DNA from: an uncultured Acidobacteriota bacterium
GTDB taxonomy: Bacteria; Acidobacteriota; Thermoanaerobaculia; Multivoradales; UBA5704
Length of the DNA: 64,000 nucleotides
NCBI GenBank assembly: GCA_963770895.1
Contig: CAVYRF010000001.1
Coordinates: 928,001-992,000, forward strand
Direction: 5' to 3'
Part shown: in pieces, positions 32,702 to 44,700 of the stretch
Layout: each line of letters opens with the position of its first letter
Numbering within the stretch: the stretch's first letter is position 1
Notes under the pieces: model-generated
Databases searched by the model: none
Seen by the model: the letters and a program-made list of their open reading frames with translations, nothing else
What the model was told of the DNA's origin: nothing
Position numbers and translations under genes: made by a program

Positions 32702-35700
32702 CGGCTTCCGAAGTTGCGGCACCGCCGGCAGCCGGCGCCGCCACCGCGGCGGCGGGCGAAGAGGCGTTCGTCTTCCCGCTCTCCCTGGCGCAGGAGCGGC
32801 TGTGGTTCGTCGACCAGATGAGCCCGGGCCTGGCGGCGTACAACATCCCGCTGGCGGTGCGGCTGTGCGGCCGCCTCGACCGCGCGGCGCTCGCGGCGGC
32901 GCTCGCCGGCGTGGTGCGGCGGCACGAAACGCTGCGCACGCGGTTCGGCGTCGACGACGGCCAGCCGGTGCAGGTGATCGCGCCGGAGACCGCCGCGCCG
33001 CCCGCCGCCGCCGCCGGCGCCGCCGTCCTGCCCGAGGTCGATCTGCGCGCTCTCGGTGCGGCCAAGGCGGCGGCGGAGGCCGCGCGGCTGGCGGCGGCGG
33101 CGGCGGCGGCGCCGTTCGACCTGCCTCGCGGGCCGGTATGGCGCGCGCGGCTGCTGCGCACGGCGGCGGCGGAGCACGTGCTGCTCCTGGTGCTGCACCA
33201 CATCGCCGGCGACCGCTGGTCGCTCGGCGTGCTGCTGGCCGAGGTCGCGGCGCTGTACGTCGGGCGGCCGCTGCCGCCTCTGCCGCTGCAGTACGCCGAC
33301 TTCGCGGTGTGGCAGCGCGAGGCGCTTGCCGGCGGCGAGCTCGGGCGCCAGCTGGCGCACTGGCGCGAGCGGCTGGCCGGCGCCGCGCCGCTCGTGCTGC
33401 CGGCCGATTGGCGGCGGCCGGCGCGGGCGCGGCATCGCGGCGCGGTGGTGCGGGGCGACCTGCCGCCGGCGCTCGCCGACGCCCTGCGGCAGCGCGGCCG
33501 CGAGGCGGGGGCGACGCTCTTCATGACGCTCCTCGCCGGGTTCGTGGTGGTGCTGGCGCAACACGCCGGCGAGGACGACCTGGTCGTCGGCACCGCGGTC
33601 GCCGGCCGCGCGCGGCGTGAGCTCGAAGGACTGATCGGCTTTTTCGTCAACACCCTGCCGCTGCGTGTCGATCTGGCGGGCGAGCCCACCTTTGGTGAGC
33701 TGGTGGCGCGGGTGCGCGCCGTGGCGCTGGACGCCTTTGCCCATCAGGACGTGCCGTTCGACCGCCTGGTCGAGGAGATGCGGCCGTCCGGCGGCCTGGG
33801 GGGCGGCGGCGCCGCGCCGCCGCTGGTGCAGGTGACCTTCCTGCTGCAGAACACGCCGCTGCCCGAGCTGCGGCTGCCGGGCGTCGAGCTGGCCGAAATG
33901 TCTCTCCCCTCGCGCTTCGCCAAGTTCGACCTCGCGGTGAGCGCGGTCGAGGAGGCGGGCGGCGGCGTGAGCGTGCACTGGGAGCTCGACGCCGACCTTT
34001 TCCTGCCGGCCGGCGTCGAGCGCCTGGCACGCCAGTTTCGCACCCTCCTGGCCGCCGCGGTGGCAGCGCCCCACCTCGCGGTGTGGGACCTGCCGCTCGC
34101 CGACCAGGCCGAGACCGCGGCGCTCCTTGCCGCCTGGAACCGCGATCTGCGTCTGCCGGTGGGCGTGGCGCCACCGCTGAGCGCACCGAGCGCACCGAGC
34201 GCAGTGTCGGAGACGGAGGAGCTGGCGTCCTGGCTGTGCACGGCGGCGGCGACTGCCGCCGGGGTGGCGGCGGCGCGGGTGGCGCCGGACATGCCGTGGA
34301 GCCGGCTGGCCCTCGACTCGCTGGCGGCGGTCGAGCTGCGGCACGAGATCGCCGCGCACACCGGCGTCGAGGTGGAGCTGGCCGATCTCCTGGACGCGGC
34401 GAGCGCCGACCACCTCGCCGCGGCGATCCTGGCGCGCCAGCAGGAGGAGCGCTCCGGGGCGGCGCCGTCGACCGCGGCGATGGCGGGGGTGGCGGCGGTG
34501 GCAACCGCAGCGTGGCCGGAGCCTTCGCCGCCGGGTTCCGAACTGCCGCTGGCGGCCGGGCAGCGGGCGCTCTGGCTCATCCACCAGCTGGCGCCGGCTT
34601 CCGGCGCCTACCACATCGCCGCCGCTTTCCGCGTCCTGGCGCCGCTCGACGACGCGGCGCTGCGGCGCGCCGTGGCGACGATCGCCCGGCGCCACGCGGC
34701 ACTGCGCTCGACCTTCCACGCGCGCGGCGGCGAGCCCTACCAGACGATCCAGCCGGAGATGCCGCCGGAGTGGCGGGAGATCGACGCCACCGGGCTCGCC
34801 CTTGCAGGGCTCGGCGAACGGCTGGCCGACGAGGCGTGGCGACCGTTCGACCTGGCCCGCGGGCCGCTGGTGCGCCTGGTCTGGCTGCGCGGCGCGGCGG
34901 GCGGCGACCGGCTGCTCTTCGTCGTGCATCACCTGGTCGCCGACTTCACTTCCCTGGCGGTGGCGGCGGCCGAGCTCGGCGCGCTCTACGGCCTCGCCGC
35001 GCCCCCGCCGCCGCCGCCGCCGCCGCCGGCAGTGAGCTACGAGCAGTTCGTGCGCTGGCAGGCGGCGGCGCTCGCCGGCGAGCGCCTGGAGCGCCTGTGG
35101 GCCTTCTGGAGCGCCGCGCTCGCCGGCGCCCCCGCGGCGCTCGATCTGCCGGCCGACCGGCCGCGCCCGCCGGCGCCGAGCTACCGCGGCGGGGTCGAGC
35201 GGGCGCGCTTGCCAGGCGGCGCCGGGAGCCTCGCGTTGTTAGCGGGGGCAGGGGCGGGAGCGGGGGCGGGGGAGCGCGCGGCGACGCCTTTCGTGGCGCT
35301 CGCCGCGGCGTGGATGGGGCTCCTCCATCGCACCACCGGCGACGAAGACCTGCTCGTCGGCACGGCCACCGCCGGCCGTCCCGGGCCGCGCGCCGCGGCG
35401 GTCGTCGGCTACTTCGCCAACCCGGTCGTGCTGCGTGCCCGGCCGCGCGGCGACCAGCCGTTCTCCGCGCTGCTCGCCGAGCTGCGGGAGACGACGCTCG
35501 CCGCCTTCGCCCACCAGGATCTGCCGTTCCCGCTGCTCGCCGAGCGGCTGCATCCGGAACGCGACGCGGCGCGCTCACCGGTCTTCCAGGTGAGCCTGGC
35601 GCTCTACCGCGAGCCCGGCGGCGCGGCGGCCCCCGCGGCGCTCGCCGCCATCTCCGGTATCGCCGGCATCGCTGCCGGCGCTCCGGACGTGCCGCTCGAC

Positions 35701-38700
35701 CTCGGCGGCCTGCGGCTCGCGTCGCTGGCGCTCGACGAGCGCTGGGCGCCGTTCGACCTCAGTCTGCGCGCCGCCGAGGTGGCGGGCGACCTGGTGCTCG
35801 CGCTGCAGTTCAGCCGCGACCTTTTCGACGCCGTGACCGCGCGGCGCCTGCTCGATCACCTGGTGCGCCTGCTGGCGGCGGCGGCGGCGCGGCCGGCGAG
35901 CCGCCTCGCCGAGCTGCCGCTTCTCGCCGCCGCCGAGCGCTGGCAGCTTCTGGGCGAGTGGGCGGAAACCGCGACGGCGACAGCGCGCGCGGTCGGCCTC
36001 CCCCACCTGGTCGCCGAGCAGGCGGCGCGCACTCCCGACGCGGTGGCGGTCGTCGCGACGGCTGGCCGCCACCTGTCCTACGGCGAGCTCGACCGTCGCG
36101 CCGCCGGCCTGGCGCGGCGCCTGGCGGCGCACGGCGTCGGCTTGGACTCCCGCGTCGGGCTCCACGGCGAGCGCTCGCCGGAGCTGGTGATCGGCGCGCT
36201 CGGCATCCTGCGGACGGGTGCCGCCTTCGTGCCGCTCGATCCCGAGCTGCCGCCGGCGCGGCTGGCGTTCCAGTTGGGTGACGCGGTGGGCGCCGGCGGT
36301 GTGGTCCTGGCTGCGGACGCGCCGGCCGGTCCGCCCTGGGATGCGATGCGCGTGCTGCCGCTCGCGCTGCGCGCGGACGGCTCGGCGGGCGCTCCGGGTG
36401 CCGGGGAGGTGCCGCCGGATGGGCTGGCCTACGTGCTCTACACCTCGGGCTCGACCGGGACGCCCAAGGGGGTGATGAACAGCCACCGCGGCATCGTCAA
36501 CCGCCTGCTCTGGGGCAAGACGGTATTCCCGCTCACGGCGGCCGACCGTGTGGCGCAGAAGACGCCGGCCACCTTCGACGTCGCGGTGGTCGAGCTGTTT
36601 TCGCCGCTCGTCCAGGGAGCCTGCCTGGTCCAGGCGCGTGCCGGCGGCCATCGCGAGCCGGCGTACCTGGCGCGCTGGCTGGTCGAGCAGGCGATCACGG
36701 TGGCGCACTTCGTGCCGTCCTTGGTTCTGGAGCTGCTCGCCGAGCGCGCGCTGCCGCGGGCGGGCGCGCTCCGCCGGCTGTTGGTGGGCGGCGAGGCGAT
36801 GGCGCGCCAGCTCGCCCTGGGCGTCGAGCAGCGCTTGGCGGCGCGGCTCTACAACCTCTACGGTCCGGCCGAGGCGGCGGTCGACACCGTCACCTGGCCG
36901 TGCCGTGACCAGGCCGCGGCGCGGCCGGTGCCGCTCGGCTGGCCGGTCGCCAATACCCGCGCCTACGTGGTCGAGCACGGCGGCGAGCCGGCGCCGCTCG
37001 GCATCGCCGGCGAGCTGTGGCTCGGCGGCCCGCAGCTCGGGCGCGGCTACCTGGGGCGGCCGGCGCTGACGGCGGAGCGCTTCGTGCCCGACCCCTGGGC
37101 GGCGGCCGCCGGCACGGCGGGGGCGCGCGCCTACCGCACCGGCGACCGCGTGCGCCGGCGCTGGGACGGCGCGCTCGAATTCCTCGGCCGGCTCGACTTC
37201 CAGGTCAAGGTGCGCGGCGTCCGTATCGAGCTGGGCGAGATCGAGGCGGCGCTCGTGGCGCAGCCGGAGATCGCCGCGGCGGCGGTGCGGCTCGCGGGCG
37301 AAGCGGCGACGGCACGGCTGGTGGCGTTCGTCGTCGCGGCGCGCGGCGCGAGCGTGCCGGCAGCCGCCGAGCTGCGCCGGCGCCTGCGCCAGACGCTGCC
37401 CGACGCGATGCTGCCGGCGCGCTGCGTGACGCTCGCGGCGCTGCCGCTGACGCCGCACGGCAAGCGCGATCACGCCGCCCTGGCGCTCCTCGCGGCGGCG
37501 CCGGCGCGGCCGGCAGGCGATGCCGGCGATGTCTTCGAAGGTGGGGAGGGCGGCGCCGCCTGGGAGGCGCCGCGCGGCGCGGTCGAGGAGCTGCTGGCGG
37601 CGCTCTACGCCGAGCTCCTGCCCGACCTGGCGCCGGGGGAGATCGGCCGCGACGCCAACTTCTTCGCGCTGGGCGGCCATTCGCTCCTCGCCGCGCGGCT
37701 CGCGGCGCGCGCCGGCCAGGCCCTGGGGTGCGAGCTGCCGCTGGCGGCGGTGTGGAGCGCCGCGACGCTTGCCGACCTCGCCAGGGCGGCGGCGGCGCTG
37801 CGCGCCGCGGGCGTGGCGGAGCTCGCGCCGCTCGTGCCGGTGCCGCGCGAGGGCGAGCTGCCGCTGTCGTTCGCCCAGGAACGGCTGTGGTTCATCGACC
37901 GCCTGGAGCCGGCAACGGCGCACTACAACCTGGCGGCGGCGCTCGCCGTCCACGGCGCGCTCGACCGCCGCGCGCTCGCCCGGGCGGTGGCGGCGCTCGC
38001 CGTGCGCCACGAGGTGCTGCGCGCGCGCTTTCCGGCGCCGCTCGGCCGGCCGGTGCAGGCGATCGCCGCCACGCCTGCCGCCGCGCCGCTGCCGCTCGTC
38101 GACCTGGCGGCGCTGCCGCCTGCCGCGCGCGCCGCGGAGCTCGATCGCCGCATGCGCGACGAGGCGCGGCGCCCGTTCGACCTCGCGCGCGGGCCGCTGT
38201 TGCGCTGCCTGCTGCTCCACGCCGCGCCCGGCGAGCACCGGCTGCTGGTGACCCTCCACCACATCGTCGCCGACGGTTGGTCGGTCGGCATCCTGGAGCG
38301 CGAGCTGGGGGATCTCTACGCCGCCGGCGCCGGCAGTCGGACGCCGCCGCTGCCGGTGCTGCCCTTGCAGTACGCCGATTTCGCCGTCTGGCAGCGGCGC
38401 AGCCTGACCGACGCGGTTGCGGCCGGCGAGGCGGCGTGGTGGCGCGAGCGCCTGGCGGCGGCGCCGGCCGACCTGGCGCTGCCTTTCGATCGGCCGCGGC
38501 CGGCGGTGCCGCGCCGATACGGCGCCTCGGTGCCGGTCGCGCTGCCGCCGGCGGTGGCGGCAACCGTTGGCGAATGGGCGCGGCGGCAGCGCCTGACGCC
38601 GTTCATGGCGCTCCTCGCGGCGCTCCAGGCGCTGCTCGCGCGCTACAGCGGGCAGCCGGCGATCGCCGTCGGCGCGCCGGTCGCCGGCCGGCAGCGGGCG

Positions 38701-41700
38701 GAGCTCGAGCCCCTGGTCGGCTGTTTCGTCAACACCCTGGTGCTGGTCGGCGAGGTGGATGACGACCCGCCGTTTGCCGATCTGCTGACCCGCACGCGGC
38801 AGGCGGTGCTGGCAGCGCTGGCACATCAGGAGCTGCCCTTCGAGCGCCTGGTCGAGCTCCTGGCGCCGGAGCGGCGCGTGGGACGTCAGCCGTTCTTTCA
38901 GGTTCTCCTCGCGGTCGAGGACGCACGCCCCGCGGGTCTCACGCTCGCCGGGCTGCGCGTCGCGCGGCTGCCGCCGGCGCACGTGACGGCCAAGGCCGAC
39001 CTGGCGCTGACCGTTGCCGGCGACACGGCGGGCTTCCGCGGCGCGCTCGACTACGACCGCGAGCTCTTCGACCCGCCGACCGCGGCGCGCCTGGCGGCGC
39101 ACTGGACGACGCTGATCGCGGCCGCGGCGGCGCACCCCGGGCGCCGCCTGAGCGAGCTGCCGCTGCTGTCGCCGGGCGAGCGTGCGCAGGTGGTGGGCGA
39201 GTGGAACGACACCGCGCCGGCAGCGGCCGACGCCGCCCATGCCGCCAACGCCGCCAACCCTGCCGACAGCGCGGCCTGGCTGCCGGTGCCGGCGCAGGTC
39301 GCGGCGCGGGCGCGGCGCGCCCCCGACGCCGCGGCGCTCGTCCAGGCGGGGCGGGTGGTGAGCTACGGCGCCCTCTACGCCGCGGCGTCGTCGCTCGCGG
39401 CGCGGCTGCGGGCGTGCGGCGTCGGCCCCGAGACCACGGTCGCGCTCTGCGCCGAGCGCTCCGCCGAGCTCGCGGTCGGCCTCCTCGCCGTGCTCCTGGC
39501 CGGCGGCGCCTTCGTGCCGCTCGACCCGGCGCAGCCCGCGGCGCGCCTGGGGCGCCTGCTGAGCGACGCCCGCCCGCGCGCCGTCCTCACCCGGCGCGGC
39601 CTGCGTGATCGGCTGCCACCGGCCTGCGACGCGCCGGTGATCGAGCTGGACGCGGTGCTGGCGCCGCAAGACGTCGCGCGGCCGGACGCGCCGCCGGCGC
39701 CGCTGGCGCCAGCAGACGCCGAGCCCGCCGCCACACCTGCCGCCGCCCCTCCGGCCGCGCCAGGGCAGCTCGCCTACGTGATCTATACCTCGGGCTCGAC
39801 CGGCCAGCCGAAGGGGGTCGAGGTCTCGCACGCGGCGTTCGCCAACCTGGTCGCCTGGCACCGGCGCGCCTGGGCGCTCGCCGCGGGGACGCAGGCGAGC
39901 TGGCTTTCGGGGGTCGGCTTCGATGCCTCGGTCTGGGAGCTGTGGCCGGCCCTGGCGGCGGGCGGCACGCTCCACCTGCCGGACGACGCCACGCGGCTCG
40001 CGCCCGAGGCGCTGCGCGACTGGCTGGTGGCGCGGCAGGTCGGCATCGCCTTCGCACCGACGGCCCTGGCGGCGGCCCTGGTCGAGTCGCCCTGGCCGCG
40101 CGCGACGGCTCTCGCGGTGCTGTTGACCGGCGGCGACCGGCTGGCGGCGCGGCCGCCGGCCGGCCTGCCCTTCGCGCTGATCAACAACTACGGTCCGACC
40201 GAGGGCACCGTGGTGGCAACCGCGGGGCGCGTGCCGCCGCGCACCGTGGCGGCCCCGGCGCCACCGACGATCGGCCGCCCCATCCGCGGCGTCGCGGTGC
40301 GGCTGCTCGACCCGGCGCTGCGGCCGGTGCCGATCGGCGTGGCGGGCGAACTCTGCATCGCCGGGCTGGGGCTGGCGCGCGGCTACCGCGGGCGGCCGGA
40401 GCTGACCGCCGGGCGCTTCGTGCCCGACCCGCTGGGCAGCGCCGGTGCACGCCTCTATCGCAGCGGCGACCTCGGACGCTGGCTGGCGGCGGGCGAGATC
40501 GAGTTTCTCGGCCGGCGCGACCAACAGATCAAGCTGCGCGGCCACCGTATCGAGCCGGCGGAGATCGAGGCGGTGCTGACCGCCCACCCGGCGGTACGCC
40601 AGGCGGTGGTTCTGGCGGTGGGCGAGGGCGGCGCGCGCCGCCTGGTGGCGAGCGTCGAAGGCGTCCAGGGCGCGGTGAGCGCCGCCGATCTGCGCGCCCA
40701 CCTGCGGGCGGCGCTGCCCGAGGCGATGGTGCCGGCGCGCCTGGTGTTCGTCGAGCGGCTGCCGCTGACGGTGAACGGCAAGCTCGACCGGCGAGCCGTG
40801 GCGGTGGAGCACGCCGCGGCACTGGCGGTGACCGGTGGCGGCGGTGGCGGCGCGGATCAGGCCGCGGCGGCCGGCGCGGACGGCACGGGTGGCGCGCCGC
40901 GCGGCCCGGTCGAGGAGCTGCTGGCCGGGGTGTGGGCCGATCTGCTCGGCATCGAGGCCGCCGCCATCGGCCGCCAGGCCGACTTCTTCGCCTTGGGTGG
41001 GCACTCGCTGCTCGCCACCCGGCTGGCGGCTCTGGTCGAGCGGGCGATCGGGGTCGAGATGCCGCTTGCGGCGGTGTTCGCGGCGCCCACCCTGGCGGGC
41101 TTGGCGGCGCGGATCGCCGCGGCGCACGATGCCACGCTGCCGCCGCTGCCGCCGCTGCCGGCGCTGCCGCCGCTCATCGCCGCCGGGCGCGGCGGTCCGA
41201 GGGAGGAGGGCGGCGAGCTGGCCGCCGCCTTCGCCCAGGAGCGCATGTGGTTGCTCGACCGGTTGGCGCCGGCGAGCGGCGCCTACCACATTGCGACCGC
41301 GCTCGCCGCCGCGGGCGCACTGGACGTCGCGGCGCTGCGCAGCGCCCTGGACGCCTTCGCCGGCCGCCACGAAACCCTGCGCACCACCTTCGCCGAGCGC
41401 GACGGCCGCCTGTTGCAGGTGATCGCGCCGCCATCGGCCCAGGCGCTGCCGGTGATCGACCTGACGGCGGCGACGGCCGGCGCCGCCGCGGAGCTGCACC
41501 GCCTGGTGCGGGCGGAGGCGGCGCGGCCGTTCGATCTGGCGCGCGGGCCGCTCCTGCGGGTGACCCTGGTGCGGCGCGGGACGCGGGACCAGGTGCTCCT
41601 GGTGACGCTCCACCACATCATCGCCGACGCCGCCTCGGTGGCGGTGATGCTGCGCGAGCTCGGCGTCCTCTACGACGCAGCGCAGGCGCGCGGCGCGGAT

Positions 41701-44700
41701 CATGGCGGCGTGGTGCCGGTGCTCGCGCCGCTGCCCATCCAGTACGCCGACTACGCCCTCTGGCAGCGCGGCTGGCTGCGCGGCGAGCTGCTGGCCGGCG
41801 AGGTGGCGTGGTGGCGCGAACGGCTTGCCGGCCTGCCGCCCGAGCTGCCGCTCCCCTGGGACCGCCCGCGGCCGGCCGTGCCGCGACGGGCGGCGCACCT
41901 GGCGCGGCGGCCGCTGGCCGCGGCGGCGGCGCTCGCGGCGCTGGCGCGGGCGCACGGGGCGACGCTCTTCATGACGCTCCTCGCGGCGTTCCAGGTGCTG
42001 CTGGCGCGCCTGGGCGGCGGCGACGACGTGCCGGTCGGGACACCGGTCGCCAACCGCACGCGGCCCGAGGTCGAGGGGCTGGTCGGCCTCTTCGTCAACA
42101 CGCTCGTGCTGCGCGGCGATCTCGCCGCGGCGCCGGCCTTCGATGCCTTCCTGGCGCGGACCCGCGACGCGGCCCTGGCCGCCTACGCCCACCAGGAGGT
42201 GCCGATCGAGAAGCTGGTCGAGGCGCTGGCGCCGGTGCGCGACGCCGGCCGCCAGCCGCTGTTCCAGGTCCTGTTCACCCTGGAGGAGGCGCCGCTCGCC
42301 GGGCTGCGGCTGGGCGGCGTCGCGCTGGCGCCGCTCGCCGCCGCCCCCGCACCGGCGAAGTTCGACCTGACGCTTGCGGTGACGCGCCAGGGCGGCGAGC
42401 TGACGGCGACGCTGGAGCTCGACGGCGACCGCTTCGACGCGGCGACCGGCGAGCTCCTGGCCGACTGCTTCGCGACCCTGGTTGCAGGCATCGCGGGCAT
42501 CGCCGGCATCGCCGCGGCGCCGGCCCCCGGTGTCGACGCGCTGCCGCTTCTCGACACGGCGGCGCGGCGCGCGGTGCTGGCGGCGGCGGAGGGGGAGCGG
42601 GTGAGGCGCCCGGCGCGCGGCCTGCACGAGCTGTTCGAAGCGCAGGCCGCGCGCACGCCGGACGCGGTGGCGCTGGTCGACGCGGACCGCCACCTCACCT
42701 ACCAGGCGCTCGACGAATGGGGGAACTTGCTGGCCCACCGCCTGGCGCGGGTGGGCGTCGGCGCCGACGCCCGCGTCGGCATCTGCGCCGAACGCTCCGC
42801 GGCGATGAGCGCCGCGCTCCTCGCGGTGCTCAAGGCGGGCGGGGCGTTCGTGCCGCTCGATCCGGATCATCCGCCGGAACGGCTGGCGGGCGAGATCGCC
42901 GAAAGCGAGGCGCGGGTGGTGCTGGTCACGGCAGCCGTCGCGGCGCGCCTGCCGCGGCTCCCTGCCGGCACGGTGGTGCTGCGCATTGCGGCGCCGCCGC
43001 CGTCGCCGGCAAGCGAGCGGGCGGCGCTGCCGCGGCGGGCGGCGCTGCCCGCGGCGCTGGCCTACGTGATCTTCACCTCCGGCTCGACCGGCAGGCCCAA
43101 GGGCGTCATGGTGTCGCACGGGGCGATCCTCAATCACGAGCTGTTCGTCGCCGAGCGCTACCCGCTGAATGCCGGCGACACCGCGCTGCAGATCACGCCG
43201 TTCTCGTTCGACGCCGCGCTCTGGGAGCTCTTCACCCCGCTCGCCGCCGGCGCGCGCCTGGTGGTGGCGCGGCCGGGCGGCCATCGCGATCCGTCCTACA
43301 TCACGCGGCTCGCCGCGGCCGAGGGGGCGACGGTGCTGCAACTGGTGCCGTCGATGGCGGCGCCGCTGCTCGACGATCCGGGCATCGCCGCCTGCCGCGC
43401 CCTGCGCCTGGTGGCGTGCGGCGGCGAGCCGCTGCCCGGCGAGCTGGCCGACCGGCTGATGGCGCGCCTGGGCGTCGCGCTGGTCAACTTCTACGGTCCG
43501 ACCGAATGCGCCATCGATGCCACGAGCTGGCCCTGCCGGCCGGGCGAGGGGCGGCGGCGCGTGGTGCCGATCGGCTTGGCGCTGCCCAACGTCCGGGCGC
43601 ACGTCCTGGACGACGGGCTGGCGCCCTTGCCGGTGGGGGCGCCCGGCGAGCTCTGCGTCGGCGGCGCCTGCCTGGCGCGCGGCTACGTCGGGCGGCCGGA
43701 GCTGACCGCCGAGCGCTTCGTGCCCGACCCGTGGAGTGCCCGGCCCGGCGAGCGGCTTTACCGCACCGGCGACCGGGTACGGCGGCTGCGCGGCGGCGAG
43801 ATCGAATACCTCGGGCGGCGCGACGCGCAGGTCAAGGTGCGCGGCGCCCGCGTCGAGTTGGGCGAGATCGAGGCGGTGCTGCTCGCCATGCCGGGGGTCA
43901 GCGAGGCGGCGGTGGTGATGGCCGGCGACCAGGACGCGCGGCGGCTCGTCGCCTGTGTGGTGCCCGCCGCCGGCGCGGCGGGCGATGATGGCGGTGGTGG
44001 CGGCGGCGGCAGGCCGGGGGAGCTCGCGGCGGCGCTGCGCCGCCACTGCCGGGAGCAGCTCCCCGAGTACATGCTGCCGCAGGCGTTCGTAGTGTTGGCG
44101 CGGCTGCCGCGTCTGCCGAGCGGCAAGCTCGACCGGCGGGCGGCGGCCGCCGCGGCGGCGGGTGCTGTCGCCGACGAGAGCGCGGCGTCGGCGGACGGCG
44201 CACCGCACACGCCCTACGAGGAGATCGTCGCCGGGCTCTGGGCGGAGGTGCTGGGGCGGCAGCGGGTCGGCGTTGAGGCCGACTTCTTCGCCGACCTCGG
44301 CGGTCATTCCCTGCTTGCCGCGCAGGTGGTGTCGCGAATGCGCGAGCGTCTGGGTGTCGAGGTGCCGCTGCGTGCGCTGTTCGACGCGCCGACCGTACGC
44401 GGTCTGGCGGCGGTCGCCCTCCGCACCTCGGAGATGGCGGCGACGGCGGCGATTGCCGTTCCGCTGCTCGCGCGGCGGGCCGGAGAGGAGCCGGCGGCGC
44501 TCTCTTTCGCCCAGGAGCGGATCTGGTTCCTCACCCAGCTGACGCCCGGGCTCACCGCTTACAACATGCCGCTGGCGCTCACCCTCCACGGTGATCTGGC
44601 GGTGCCGGCGCTGGCGCGGGCGCTCGCCGCGCTCACCGCGCGGCATGAGGTGCTGCGCACGCGCTACGCGGCGCTGGGCGGCCCGCCGGTGCAGGTGGTG

